From positions 32,001 through 96,000 of the IMG/VR virus record IMGVR_UViG_3300011560_000001: DNA of 64,000 nt. One strand, 5' to 3'. Position 1 is the first letter of the stretch, and every line of letters begins with the position of its first letter. The DNA comes from a virus. Its lineage: Duplodnaviria > Caudoviricetes. The notes beneath the pieces are model-generated. The model did no database searches and was not told the origin of the DNA. It was given only the letters and a program-made list of their open reading frames with translations. Shown here piece after piece: positions 18,815 through 29,565 of the stretch. A program made the position numbers and the translations under genes.

Positions 18815-21226
18815 GTGTCCAACACTGACTATCAGCTTTATTCGGAAAGCGTGCAGCGTCTAACGGACACCCTGATTATTAAAAGCGACATCACGGCAGA
18901 ACGGTTAAACCTCAAGGTTTCCGAAGTCTACCAGATGGCCGTCGGGGACGACCCACGCACGTGGTTATACTACATGAATCTCGCTGGCGAGTATCATCCT
19001 TGTCAGACAATGATGACCGTAAATTCCCTGGATACGCTCGAAGAGATCGAGTTCACCAAGGAAAACATGTTACGGCACCGCATGACGGCAAGGGAGTACG
19101 CGTATGGTGGAGATTATTTCAATCGTTTAATTGCGCGATACCCGGAACAACGTATGTTGATCTTGGGTATCCTTAACCCCATCGATATCGAGAAAGCAAT
19201 TGCGGCACGCAATCATGAGATTCTCTGGTACGATACACAAGAGGTTGAGTCACGCGAGGCCAATCTTATTCCGCGTTTACAGCAAGAAATCGACGATTAC
19301 TTCAGACGCTGGGAACATCCGGCATACGAGAGCGTCGATATGCTTCATTGGCCTGCGCTATACGCCATCCTATTCACACAAATACCTGAGATGATAAAAG
19401 GTATTCGTTGGGAAAACTGTCATACCCATTATGCCCATAGCTTCCATATCTGGAGTTATCTGGCAAGCCATCAAGGTCTCGATCGATTCAAGCGATACAT
19501 GACCGAATCCCAAATGCTCTGGTTCTATCGTAACATCGCTTACGTTGAAAGAAACATGGGCAGAACGGAAAACTACGATAAGCTCATTCAAAAGGTATTA
19601 ACCGATCGTGGGATTCCAATCGGTGCGTTCTCGATCAAACAAGACGCTTCCGGGATACCCCAGACGTTAAAACCCGCAGTTTACATGGAGCGTAAACCGC
19701 TTAACCTTCAAGAGATCGTCGGTAATGGCACGGTAAGACGTAAGGTCACCACCGTGATGCAACAACAGTTCCCTCTAGCGCGGGATAACGAAGCGGAGTA
19801 TTATACCGAGCTTAACCGCACGATAGAGAAGATGTCGATGCACGACAATAATACCTTAACAACCAAGGTATTGGAAAGTGAAGCGGAAGATCTTACCGAC
19901 AGTGAGTTATACCCGAAATACGATTTCTTGCTCAACGAATGGATCCATCTGAGTTCCATCGGTATGTATCAGTCACGGTTAACCACCACCAACCCGGTGA
20001 CGGGTGATACCATGACGATGTCGATGAAAGATGCATACAAGCTGTTCTTGTATTTGCTGAACTATTCGATGGGTATGCCGCTGATTGAAGTGCCTAAGAT
20101 CCATGCTAACCATGTCAGGGTGTTAACGCTACCAACATTCGATCATCTCCGCAGCATTACCGATCCTGCTATCATTCCCGATAAACTGATCTGGTGGTGT
20201 TTGGATAAGCAAGTAACATTGCGTCCGGTCGTCAGCACTGAAGAGTTTCTCAACGTCGTTACCGAGATCTATCAGGGCTGGCGTCGCCATCAATTCATGT
20301 ACCAGCTCCAAGAGCATTATCAAGCTCGAGGTATGGCTGAAGCAATCGTTGAAAACTTTTACGTGGATGTTGGTGTCGACTTCGGTATTGGGCAGCTTTA
20401 CAAGGAATGGTTCTTAGCGATGGATTGGGAGCTTGATGCAATCAGTCAAGAAGAGGCGGGAATTCTAGCTCTCGATATCTTCACAAAGGCTACCGGTCAA
20501 GATTTGGAAGACGTCACCAGTCTTAAGGATATTCAATACGGAATGCTGCAGCTGCTTAAGACATTGAGCAGTTACACCATCCATTTTATCCAGACAATCA
20601 ACAGCGATCCAATCAAGCCGCTAAACAAAATCGCCGTTCGTCTTGGTTCGAGTTTAGTAAGCGGTAGTGAAGAACTGTGGGAAGACTGGGCACAGGCAAA
20701 CGTTCATGATACGGATAACCAGGCTACGGAAGTTATCAAATTCGTACATGATAACAACCCGATGACGAACTGGCGCGAATCGGCGGTTGAAAGTTTGGAA
20801 GCACCTCCGAAACCAACCTGGTGTGACTGTAGCGGTTACGAGAATACCCAAACCGTTCGATTCAGTACGCAATATTGGGCGCAAGTCATCAGTGATCCTG
20901 TCTCGTTACGTTTCCGTAAAAACCCGCTCGATGGTTTGTGGCTTGCACCGTTCCCGGGTCGGGCACCACGCGACCTTCGTGAGCGTTTACTGTCGGAGTC
21001 GCTGCATGGGCTGACCATAAACCCGATCAAACCGTTCGAACAACGTTTCCGTAAACGTGATCTTCGAGGTCTTTGGATAGAACCAATCTACAAACAGGTG
21101 AATGGTCGTTTCAGGTCAGCGGTTCTAAGTGAGACGAATCATGTTGCGTATAAGCCTGTCAGTATGCGTCTATCGAATCCGCTCAATCGTTTGATTGTTA
21201 AACCTTTGCCTATCGAGGACGCTTAA
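18815..21226 (+). CDS. virion baseplate-region protein (phiKZ gp128-like) with C-terminal peptide repeats
   Basis: W.YYMNLAGEYH, HSFHIWSYLASH; GTG start after GGAGG; C-terminal RF..xxLxGLW repeats. Confidence 0.7.
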   Translation: MSNTDYQLYSESVQRLTDTLIIKSDITAERLNLKVSEVYQMAVGDDPRTWLYYMNLAGEYHPCQTMMTVNSLDTLEEIEFTKENMLRHRMTAREYAYGGDYFNRLIARYPEQRMLILGILNPIDIEKAIAARNHEILWYDTQEVESREANLIPRLQQEIDDYFRRWEHPAYESVDMLHWPALYAILFTQIPEMIKGIRWENCHTHYAHSFHIWSYLASHQGLDRFKRYMTESQMLWFYRNIAYVERNMGRTENYDKLIQKVLTDRGIPIGAFSIKQDASGIPQTLKPAVYMERKPLNLQEIVGNGTVRRKVTTVMQQQFPLARDNEAEYYTELNRTIEKMSMHDNNTLTTKVLESEAEDLTDSELYPKYDFLLNEWIHLSSIGMYQSRLTTTNPVTGDTMTMSMKDAYKLFLYLLNYSMGMPLIEVPKIHANHVRVLTLPTFDHLRSITDPAIIPDKLIWWCLDKQVTLRPVVSTEEFLNVVTEIYQGWRRHQFMYQLQEHYQARGMAEAIVENFYVDVGVDFGIGQLYKEWFLAMDWELDAISQEEAGILALDIFTKATGQDLEDVTSLKDIQYGMLQLLKTLSSYTIHFIQTINSDPIKPLNKIAVRLGSSLVSGSEELWEDWAQANVHDTDNQATEVIKFVHDNNPMTNWRESAVESLEAPPKPTWCDCSGYENTQTVRFSTQYWAQVISDPVSLRFRKNPLDGLWLAPFPGRAPRDLRERLLSESLHGLTINPIKPFEQRFRKRDLRGLWIEPIYKQVNGRFRSAVLSETNHVAYKPVSMRLSNPLNRLIVKPLPIEDA

Positions 21227-21285
21227 CGTGATAGTGCAGCAAATCGTAAAGTCTTTTTTAATTAATTCCTGGCGTGGAGGTCACC

Positions 21286-22221
21286 GTGAGTGATACGGTA
21301 ACAACTATTGACGACACCGAACTTTACCCGGTCGACGTCTCTTTACCCTCATCCGATCTCGTGTATGGTCTTATCAACCACGATAACCCACCTCAGAACG
21401 GAGAACATGTTCTAACCCCTGAATTATTGGTTTTAGGGACACCAACCACCAACCAAAGCGCCTACGAGCGCGATACCCAGATTACGGCAACGGCAACCGC
21501 TAAGCTTACCGAGTTAGACGATTATGAAGGTTCGACGACGCTGTATTACGATCGTATTAACATCGGTGCGTATCTACGTAACGTAGCACCTATTCTTATC
21601 GATGCGCCAGATGCCACCAAGATGCGTGATATCTGGCCTATCATCAAAGAACGTTTCGGTCTCGGCCTTACCGCAGAAGAAATTGTCAACGACGAACTTA
21701 ACTGGGATACCGTTAACGGACAATTGCTCCGTGTCGTATCTAATTGCCTGGCTTGGACGGGAAGTGTTCGTATCTTGATGAAATCGCGTGTACCGAATCT
21801 TGATGATATTATCGCGATCAAAGAGCTCGATGGTCTTAAGTTCTTCGGACAGGGCGTACGCGCTAGCGGTGAGATCTACAGTTACAGTCGTGATACTTCT
21901 GATTACGGTGAGTTGCTGGCTTCGCTGGTAACAGGTACGGTCATTAGCGATGTGGTGGTCGCCGATCTTCTGGCTGAAATGACCGCCAATCGTTGGGTAT
22001 TAGACGACAACATCGCACCGTATAACCTGTATAATGCTAAAGTGGCTTTCAACGGTGAGTTGGGTGGACGTATTCCAGCACGAGCAGGTTACCAATACGG
22101 TATCGAGATCAGTCTGGATGAAAACTACTGTACTGCTGTCGGCGGTCCATTGATTTTCTATTACAACGTCGACGGACATACCGCAAGCCTCCAGGGTCGT
22201 TCTCCAGAAGAACAAGGCTAA
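21286..22221 (+). CDS. gp131-like tail/fibre paralogue A
   Basis: Shared family motifs YYDRI, FGL.L...EIV.D, LAWTGSV, L..II....L.GL. Confidence 0.7.
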   Translation: MSDTVTTIDDTELYPVDVSLPSSDLVYGLINHDNPPQNGEHVLTPELLVLGTPTTNQSAYERDTQITATATAKLTELDDYEGSTTLYYDRINIGAYLRNVAPILIDAPDATKMRDIWPIIKERFGLGLTAEEIVNDELNWDTVNGQLLRVVSNCLAWTGSVRILMKSRVPNLDDIIAIKELDGLKFFGQGVRASGEIYSYSRDTSDYGELLASLVTGTVISDVVVADLLAEMTANRWVLDDNIAPYNLYNAKVAFNGELGGRIPARAGYQYGIEISLDENYCTAVGGPLIFYYNVDGHTASLQGRSPEEQG

Positions 22222-22231
22222 GGAATAAACA

Positions 22232-23083
22232 ATGAGTCAGAAATTGTTAAACAAAAGTCCTAAAGTACTGGTCGCCGAACTTATTCAGGCCGCCAATCCT
22301 GACTTCGACTTTAACTTCGATGCGCTTGAGATCACGGATGCTGCTGAAAACGGAAACCACGCGTATAAACGGAACACCCGCGCTAAGGTATCGCCTTCGG
22401 CAACAGTAACGCCAGCACAATACCGTGAAAGCAGCTACGTGTGGTACGATCGTATTCCTATCCAAGACTTCTTCTTGGGAATGGAACCGAAGCTCGCTAT
22501 CGATGCCGGGGTTAAAACAACGCACGATCTTATCCCTCTGATCCAATCGACGTACGGAATCGTTATCGATCGGGATAGCTGCGTCGATTCTCCGATTGTT
22601 CGAGGGAATGAATACCCATTCCCTCATGTCGTAGAATTGAAAACAACCGGATTGGCTTGGACGGGAAGTGTTACATTCTACCTCCTCGATAGCGCACGCG
22701 ATATTGCGGGGATGATGAAGACCACGGCGATGGCCGGTCTCAATTTCCCGTACTACACCGCAAATCGTATCCAAGCGTTGGTCTACAGTTACGCTATAGA
22801 CTGCACAGCAATCCGTTCCGATCTTGCCGGGTTAAAGGTTGGTGGTAACCTAAGCGCAATGGTTAGCTTATTCAACAACGTTGCACCAACCCCATGGGTT
22901 TATAACGGCCGTGAAGACGAAAACAACCTTTACGGGGCTACCGTACTCGCAACCGGTAAAACAACAGAACTTATCGCACAGGGTTATCCTGTTAACCCCG
23001 CGTTCGCTAACGCTGTTATCGTTACGCTTAGCCAAGATTACTGCACGAACTACGGCGGTATCCTGTTGATGCAATATAACTGA
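22232..23083 (+). CDS. gp131-like tail/fibre paralogue B
   Basis: RNT, WYDRI, YGIVI, LAWTGSV, IAGMMKTTAMAGLNF. Confidence 0.7.
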   Translation: MSQKLLNKSPKVLVAELIQAANPDFDFNFDALEITDAAENGNHAYKRNTRAKVSPSATVTPAQYRESSYVWYDRIPIQDFFLGMEPKLAIDAGVKTTHDLIPLIQSTYGIVIDRDSCVDSPIVRGNEYPFPHVVELKTTGLAWTGSVTFYLLDSARDIAGMMKTTAMAGLNFPYYTANRIQALVYSYAIDCTAIRSDLAGLKVGGNLSAMVSLFNNVAPTPWVYNGREDENNLYGATVLATGKTTELIAQGYPVNPAFANAVIVTLSQDYCTNYGGILLMQYN

Positions 23084-23099
23084 TTAAATAGGAAAAGAC

Positions 23100-23984
23100 A
23101 TGGCTTCTACACAAATCCGTGCTACCGATCGTATCGTCCGTACGATTATCGGCGGTCAAGTACAAACGAACCTTACGCTCGGTCTTCCTCATGCGTGGGA
23201 AGAACACAGCACCTTGAACGAAAAGCTTCAGATTCAATCAAAGATTTACCCCGACGGTAATCCTGCTGTACGTTACTTCTGTATCGGCAACCAAGGTCAC
23301 GAATTCATCCGCAACGCTAACGGCATCCCTTCCTCGATGCCGATCGCTCACGAAGCAAGCGATCTTTCACCATGGAAAATCAAACCTTTCGTGATGCGTG
23401 AAGTTGGTAACGATTTGACCACGGACGAACGTGCTAGATTTGGGTTACGTCGTATTGAGACGCTGGAAAACGGTAAAAAATACATCTGTTATTACGGTCG
23501 TCGCATCGATTTCGATAACGTTGTCCGCTCCATGCGATATACCAAGTACATCGATGGTGTTGCTCAGACTATCGAATGGCATCCGACCGACAAGAACCTC
23601 AACCCACCCCGACCGGATATTCCAACAACAGGAATTCTGGTGGCGACCGGGGAGTATTACGATTATAGCTGTAAAGTCTCTTTGGTTTGGACACCATGGG
23701 ATATTAACGAATACCTCAATGTAGCTAAACTCACCGAGGGTGGTGAAGAGTACGCGGTTATTTCTGAAATTGGGATGGTCTCCGCCGGTGACAAAATCGT
23801 TCGTGCTGATGATGGTCAAGGTTCTGCCTTCGACATGAACGAAATCGTCGGTGCGCAGGTTACCGACCTGATTTCGACTTACCACAACCTATTTACCACC
23901 AACGATACGCTGACGTTGAAATACGACCTTGGTGCGTTGGAAGCTCGTAAGGCAGGCCCGACGGGCGCAGAAATCCTACCGTAA
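23100..23984 (+). CDS. virion structural protein (baseplate region, phiKZ gp130-like)
   Basis: 294 aa; YFCIGNQGH, PFVMRE..NDL, YAVISEIG; context. Confidence 0.6.
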   Translation: MASTQIRATDRIVRTIIGGQVQTNLTLGLPHAWEEHSTLNEKLQIQSKIYPDGNPAVRYFCIGNQGHEFIRNANGIPSSMPIAHEASDLSPWKIKPFVMREVGNDLTTDERARFGLRRIETLENGKKYICYYGRRIDFDNVVRSMRYTKYIDGVAQTIEWHPTDKNLNPPRPDIPTTGILVATGEYYDYSCKVSLVWTPWDINEYLNVAKLTEGGEEYAVISEIGMVSAGDKIVRADDGQGSAFDMNEIVGAQVTDLISTYHNLFTTNDTLTLKYDLGALEARKAGPTGAEILP

Positions 23985-23999
23985 CCTAAGGGGTGTTAA

Positions 24000-24905
24000 A
24001 TGGAGTACAGTGAAATCCTAGGGTTAGAATCGAAAGAAATCCTCTTTCGGCTGATTCGAAAGCATAGCGATTTCGATGCTCGAGGCGTAACGCTGGATAA
24101 ACTGGTTATCGGTGAGGCTTCTGAAAGCACAGGGTACAAGCGTAACAGCAAGTTAACCGTGCATCCCCAACCGGGTTCGGGGCTGGTGAACTCTGTCGAC
24201 ATCTATTATAACCGCGTCGATCTTGGTAAACTGGGTATTTGGCCTGGTGGACAGCACCGCTGGCCCATCGAGATCGAAACCTTAGATACACTAACCAAGG
24301 TCTCTGAGATATTACCTGTCTTAGCATCAACGTACGGTATCCTTCTCAATAAAACCGAGATCGTCGACGCGGATCTGGATAAATCCAAATCACCGATACA
24401 TGTTGCGATAACACCTAAACCTGGTAACCAAGTATGGGTTGGTCAATTACTTGTTGAGTTAACTTCAGGACATAACGACCTCAACAACCTCATTCGCAAC
24501 AATATGTTGGCTGGGTTGAATTATCTCATCGATCGAGATAGTGATAAACTCCCGGGCGCTATTGTTTCGTACAACTGGTTCATGTCTGATGATGTTCTAG
24601 CGTCACTTACTGATGGGTATACGTTAACCTCAGGTGATATGCAATCAGAAGCACTAATCGCAGAAATGAACATGCTGCAATTGGGTCTCTCTGAAGAGAT
24701 CGATGGTCTTACGGCCAACGATCGCTGGGTATTGTCGGCAACGCCTGGACCGCTCAACTTGCAGAATGCGAGAGTAATAGCCGATCCAGAGCATTTCAAA
24801 ACACTACCATTTGGTGTACGTACAGACGCTCGTAAAGCTGTTGTACTTCAACTCAGTGTGATGAATACGCTCATCGACGGTTATCTAACGTTATACGTGG
24901 CATAA
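24000..24905 (+). CDS. gp131-like tail/fibre paralogue C
   Basis: RNS, YYNRVDL, YGILL..TEIVD, VWVGQL, LNNLIRNNMLAGLNY. Confidence 0.7.
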   Translation: MEYSEILGLESKEILFRLIRKHSDFDARGVTLDKLVIGEASESTGYKRNSKLTVHPQPGSGLVNSVDIYYNRVDLGKLGIWPGGQHRWPIEIETLDTLTKVSEILPVLASTYGILLNKTEIVDADLDKSKSPIHVAITPKPGNQVWVGQLLVELTSGHNDLNNLIRNNMLAGLNYLIDRDSDKLPGAIVSYNWFMSDDVLASLTDGYTLTSGDMQSEALIAEMNMLQLGLSEEIDGLTANDRWVLSATPGPLNLQNARVIADPEHFKTLPFGVRTDARKAVVLQLSVMNTLIDGYLTLYVA

Positions 24906-24914
24906 CAGCATATT

Positions 24915-24946
24915 CCCTCCTCCTTCCCTGATGGGTTGGAGGAGGG
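24915..24946. terminator. repeated hairpin element copy 5 (convergent junction)
   Basis: CCCTCCTCC-TT-CCC-TGAT-GGG-TT-GGAGGAGGG flanked by GCATA...TATG. Confidence 0.75.
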
Positions 24947-24956
24947 TTATGTTTGT

Positions 24957-26237
24957 TTATTTGTTTTTCTGACTGGAATCGATCAATTCGAGCTTATGTA
25001 CTGTCTGCAACGTCGCATGCGTTTCCAACCAGACCTGGTGAAGATAAGGCGTATCGTTAAGCCGCTTAACGCGTGTATGTTTGTACAATGTGTTTTCAAA
25101 CAACATGTTCTTACGAAGTCCCCAGCGTGAGTGAAGTACCCATAACGGTTTTTCATAGGTCTGCACGTAAGCCGGTAACTCACCGAGATCGGCTCGAATC
25201 AGTCCTTCCGGTTTCTTACCTAAGAAATATTGTCCTGGTACACCACTTCGCGGTAAAGGTTCTTGTGTAACCTGAATCGATGTTGCTTTGATATACACCC
25301 AGAAACTGCAGGGATGCGTCACCCATGCTTTTAAAGTCTTATCAGACAGTAAACGATTGGCAACAATATCGGACTGCGGGTCTTCTTCGTTCAACAGAAT
25401 ACCGAGAGACGTTAAATCAAGGTATTTGCGGGAGCGGAAGTATCTTTCATACAGAAACATGTTTCTGCAGTTTATTTTTGCCGTCGTATCACTAACAATC
25501 GTGTAGCAATCGTCAAGAAGGTGTAGATATCCCCCGAACACCAGCGCAACGGTTTCATCTTCGGCGACCTTGCGTGGTAACCGCAAGTACATCTCGTCCT
25601 TATACGGCAAGAGCTTCGTGGAATCAGCAATCATCTCTTCCGTGATAGCGTGGATTTCCAAACTCCCGATACGGCTAAAATCAATCATGCCGATATCGTT
25701 TTCTTGGCTACGCTGTGCTGTCTCGAACCCACCCTGGATATAGACACCAACGTCTTTACCGTAGACGTGAGGATGAACATAACCGCCTACAGTGAACAAG
25801 CAGTGTTTGCCGATATTTTCGTAATTCGTATTCGCCTTCGTCAACAGTATATCAGTACGTTCCGACTCAGGGATCGCGTTGCTCGGATGATAGCCGCTAT
25901 TACCGACTTTAGGGAGAAAGCCTACCGTAATAGCATCATGGCAATAAAGCTTGTGGGTTTTAATCGACAGCTCGCCGGGCTGTCCTCGAAGGTTGGTATG
26001 CGCATCCGATTTCGCTTTCAACCACGCATTGAGCGTGTCATTGCTGTTTTGAAGCTCGGATTGAAACGCGTACAGATCAATAACTTGTTGCTGGTCAGCA
26101 TAGCTTTCATGGACCTGGATCTTGAGTTTTTGATACGTTGAGAACAACGTACTCAGGACACTTTCACCCGCCTCAAGTGCTGTCCAGGCCGTGCCAGAAC
26201 CTACGGGTAATCCGTAAGTTTTTACCAATGTATACAT
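24957..26237 (-). CDS. probable virion structural protein
   Basis: 426 aa; CLFTVGGYVH and LVFGGYLHL; located within the tail module. Confidence 0.6.
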   Translation of the reverse strand: MYTLVKTYGLPVGSGTAWTALEAGESVLSTLFSTYQKLKIQVHESYADQQQVIDLYAFQSELQNSNDTLNAWLKAKSDAHTNLRGQPGELSIKTHKLYCHDAITVGFLPKVGNSGYHPSNAIPESERTDILLTKANTNYENIGKHCLFTVGGYVHPHVYGKDVGVYIQGGFETAQRSQENDIGMIDFSRIGSLEIHAITEEMIADSTKLLPYKDEMYLRLPRKVAEDETVALVFGGYLHLLDDCYTIVSDTTAKINCRNMFLYERYFRSRKYLDLTSLGILLNEEDPQSDIVANRLLSDKTLKAWVTHPCSFWVYIKATSIQVTQEPLPRSGVPGQYFLGKKPEGLIRADLGELPAYVQTYEKPLWVLHSRWGLRKNMLFENTLYKHTRVKRLNDTPYLHQVWLETHATLQTVHKLELIDSSQKNK

Positions 26238-26341
26238 GGGAGAGGCCCCCTTATTTTATAGTTACAGTAATATTTTACCGCTGTTAACACAGGATACCCC
26301 AGGGTATCCCACACTTACTAACAACTTGTAAAGGGCGCATC

Positions 26342-28495
26342 ATGACAGATGAAATTAAACGCCTTCCGTATAACCCGCAGGGGAATTTGGATGGCGCATG
26401 GGTTCCAGAAGAACTCGTCACTGTCCGTCCTTCCACGGGGACCGGATTTAACTTTCTCGTTCCTAAATACGCACCCTATTTTCGTAATGGGTTAAGGATC
26501 TACAATCCTGAAACAAACGCGTATCTGGAAGAAGGCGTTGACTTTTTATGCACTCACCCCTTCCGTGCCATGGCTGCGCTGACCGGCCTGGAATTATACG
26601 GTTCCATCATGCTGTTGGACACCGCATTCAGTGGACAGTTGCAACTGAACTACTATTCACTGGGGGGTGAGTTTACACTTGATCAACAACAAATTCTTAA
26701 CGTTTTAGCCAACAACCTTTATGACCCTCGCGTTACGTTCTGGGAAAAGGTTGCTGACGTTCCTTCCGTATTCCCACCAATCAACCACCAACATAATGTC
26801 GAAACCGACACGATGACGTGGGACGATGTGGTGGCTGCAATCGAGTCATTGAAAGGACCGCTTGAAGAAGGGTTCAATAAAGCAATGACTGCGTTAGTGC
26901 AGCACGAGAATCGACGTGATAATCCCCATGGCGTCACGAAAGCCCAAGTTGGGTTGGGGAATGTACAGAACTTCACAACAGCGACCGAGAGCGATCTGGA
27001 AACTGTCGGTGAAAATCTGTACATGACGTTGGCGATGACACGTAAGATGATCGCTAACCTTAGCGGCGATAGTGCCGCTGCGCACATCAGTAACCGCAAC
27101 AACCCACACAAGGTGACCAAAGCCCAGGTGGGACTCGGGGACGTTGAGAACTACGGTGTAGCCGATGATAATACAACCGTTACCGGTACAGCCACTAATC
27201 TGTACACGACTCCAGCGGGTGTACGAGCAGCAATCAAGGCAATCACGGACGGCTTAAGTACACGCATCGATCACGTCAACGCTACGTTAACAACCCATAC
27301 CGAGGATAATAGCAACCCTCATGCTGTTACGAAAGCACAGGTAGGGCTGGGGGACGTACAGAACTACGGTGTAGCGTCTAATGGGGAAGCTGGTGCGGGT
27401 GTTGCTAACAACAAATACATGACGCCTGCGACCACAGCCGCCGCTATCGCAGCGCTAATCACCCCAACCGTAACCGAACATATCGGTAGCACCAATAACC
27501 CACATGGGGTGACAAAAGCCCAAGTCGGTCTGGGAAGCGTGCAGAACTTCGGGGTTGCTACTACCCAAGAAGCGATCGACGGTCAGGTTAACAACAAGTA
27601 CATGACACCAATACTTGTTCGTTACGCGATCGAGCAAATGGCTGGTCAAGGGTTCAGTAGTCACATCGCAAACACCGAGAACCCGCACAGGGTGACGAAA
27701 ACCCAGGTTGGGTTGGGGAGTGTTGAGAACTACCCTGTTGCTTCTGATGTGGAAGCACAAACCGGTGTAGCGACCAACCGCTATATGACACCGGCTGCGA
27801 CAAAAGCAGCGATCATCGCTTTAGCAGGTGATGGTTTTGCGGCACACGTTGTCGATAAGAGTAACCCGCATGAAGTAACCAAGGTACAAGTGGGGTTAGG
27901 GAACGTACAGGACTTTGCTGTCGCCACCGACGTGCAAGCTGCCGACAGGACTAACCAGACAGCGTACATGACACCGTACTCGACTTACAAGTCGATTGCA
28001 GCGTTCGCCGCGTTAGCCGATCATACACACACAGCCGAACAGGTCGGCGCGCTCCCTATCAATGGGGGTAAGTTAACCGGACCAATCGATCTTTCAGCAA
28101 CGTCTATCACGGGTACCGGACTCGGTATCGATGGTGCTAATGGTTCAATCAACGTCAATAAGTTGACCGTCAACCAGCTTCTGGAAGCTTACGGCGGTAT
28201 TGAATCCAGCGATACGATCAAAATCCTTAACGATGATGAGACCCCGGCGAACTTCCTTGCTGACGGCGATCTCGAAGGGATCAAATGGGCTAATATCAAT
28301 AGCCAGGAACCCGGAGAGAACGATGAAGGCGTGACAATGCAGAAGATCGGTAAGCTTAGCGATTACCTTAAGAACGACTATTTAACCAGCTTGAAGACGA
28401 ACGCGGCGTTCCGTGACGTTTTCCAAGCGTTACTTAAGGAATTCCTTGCCAACTTCAACGCAGTCATCAAGGCAAAAGACTTCGAAACGTTATAA
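26342..28495 (+). CDS. tail fibre protein with six ~60-aa H-x5-NPH.VTKAQVGLG repeats
   Basis: Repeats are visible in the translation; the N-terminal domain is paralogous to 32183-34231. Confidence 0.8.
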   Translation: MTDEIKRLPYNPQGNLDGAWVPEELVTVRPSTGTGFNFLVPKYAPYFRNGLRIYNPETNAYLEEGVDFLCTHPFRAMAALTGLELYGSIMLLDTAFSGQLQLNYYSLGGEFTLDQQQILNVLANNLYDPRVTFWEKVADVPSVFPPINHQHNVETDTMTWDDVVAAIESLKGPLEEGFNKAMTALVQHENRRDNPHGVTKAQVGLGNVQNFTTATESDLETVGENLYMTLAMTRKMIANLSGDSAAAHISNRNNPHKVTKAQVGLGDVENYGVADDNTTVTGTATNLYTTPAGVRAAIKAITDGLSTRIDHVNATLTTHTEDNSNPHAVTKAQVGLGDVQNYGVASNGEAGAGVANNKYMTPATTAAAIAALITPTVTEHIGSTNNPHGVTKAQVGLGSVQNFGVATTQEAIDGQVNNKYMTPILVRYAIEQMAGQGFSSHIANTENPHRVTKTQVGLGSVENYPVASDVEAQTGVATNRYMTPAATKAAIIALAGDGFAAHVVDKSNPHEVTKVQVGLGNVQDFAVATDVQAADRTNQTAYMTPYSTYKSIAAFAALADHTHTAEQVGALPINGGKLTGPIDLSATSITGTGLGIDGANGSINVNKLTVNQLLEAYGGIESSDTIKILNDDETPANFLADGDLEGIKWANINSQEPGENDEGVTMQKIGKLSDYLKNDYLTSLKTNAAFRDVFQALLKEFLANFNAVIKAKDFETL

Positions 28496-28501
28496 CGGAT
28501 G

Positions 28502-28537
28502 GGTGGGTTCTGCCCACCTTTCCATCTTTTTATTTTT
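28502..28537 (+). terminator. possible intrinsic terminator or attenuator
   Basis: GGTGGG-TTCTG-CCCACC followed by T-rich sequence. Confidence 0.45.
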
Positions 28538-28553
28538 TCGATAGGACGTGAAA

Positions 28554-29063
28554 ATGGGCACAAAAATGAGTGAGTTGGGTGCTCGCATGACGACATGGTA
28601 CACAAGGAAGGATAACCCCAACCAAGTCACCGCAGCGCAAATCGACGCACCCGATAAAAACACAATCGATACGAAAATCGACAAAAAGCTACCTAAGGGG
28701 ATACTCCCCGTAGCGTATTTCGGTGATTGCACTGATATTCGTAACGATCATATCAGCAACGTTACCGCTAGCGGTACGGTAATCTCGTATCCTGAAATAC
28801 CTGTCATGATTGCGGGTACCGACTATATTCTGGCGAAAGGAACGCTAGACATCAAAAATCTTACTTCCGACTGGGCGAACAAGACCGGTTATCTTTTCAT
28901 TCGTCAGAAAGACGGATCGATCGATTGGATCTGGCAGAGTAGTGCTGGGGTCGACACGTCAACAGCGATTCGCGTCGGGCAGGTGAGCTGTAACGCATCA
29001 GGAATCACTTCAGTGGTATTCAACAAAGTCTTCATCCTCGGCCAAAAACGTTACATGGGGTAA
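28554..29063 (+). CDS. small tail-fibre-associated protein (paralogue of the N- and C-termini of 29566-32169)
   Basis: N-terminal DNPNQVTAAQI motif; C-terminal beta domain similar to that of the 867-aa protein. Confidence 0.7.
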   Translation: MGTKMSELGARMTTWYTRKDNPNQVTAAQIDAPDKNTIDTKIDKKLPKGILPVAYFGDCTDIRNDHISNVTASGTVISYPEIPVMIAGTDYILAKGTLDIKNLTSDWANKTGYLFIRQKDGSIDWIWQSSAGVDTSTAIRVGQVSCNASGITSVVFNKVFILGQKRYMG

Positions 29064-29067
29064 CCAC

Positions 29068-29553
29068 ATGAAGCTATCAACATTGCTTTCTGAATGGGGA
29101 GCGTATCTCACCCAAAAGAACCCTCACGAGGTAACGCCAACACAAACAAATGTTTACGTTAAGATCGAAGTGGCTCCTAAACTTGCATCGCTTGTTACTC
29201 AGCGTTACCTTCCGTTTCTTTTCTTCAGTCGAAATAAAACGCTTCCGGCAGCCAGTTACAGCAACGGGCAGATCAGTATTGGTCAAGGTACAGCGGAATA
29301 CAACACGATGGTAGGGACAGTACCAGCAACGACTTTGGATGTGTCTGGTATCAGTGAGTCTGTGGGCTGGATCTATCTTGCCGTAACCGATCGTGGTTTT
29401 GTTTACACGCTGAATGATAGCGATAGCAGCTACAAAAACACCATGCGTATCGGTACCTGGAACAAAGTCCAGGGTACATCACATCTTGCTGCAACACGTA
29501 AGGTGGCCACCATCGAGATTGACGATGGTCAGCTTCCCGACTCGCCTATTTAA
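29068..29553 (+). CDS. small tail-fibre-associated protein
   Basis: N-terminal KNPHEVTPTQ motif; ...GWIYL...MRIGT. Confidence 0.7.
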   Translation: MKLSTLLSEWGAYLTQKNPHEVTPTQTNVYVKIEVAPKLASLVTQRYLPFLFFSRNKTLPAASYSNGQISIGQGTAEYNTMVGTVPATTLDVSGISESVGWIYLAVTDRGFVYTLNDSDSSYKNTMRIGTWNKVQGTSHLAATRKVATIEIDDGQLPDSPI

Positions 29554-29565
29554 TCGAGGTGAATA

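Noticed and set aside
23081-23260. Readthrough of the TGA ending paralogue B
   Set aside because: The downstream frame overlaps the next gene out of frame and shows no motif.
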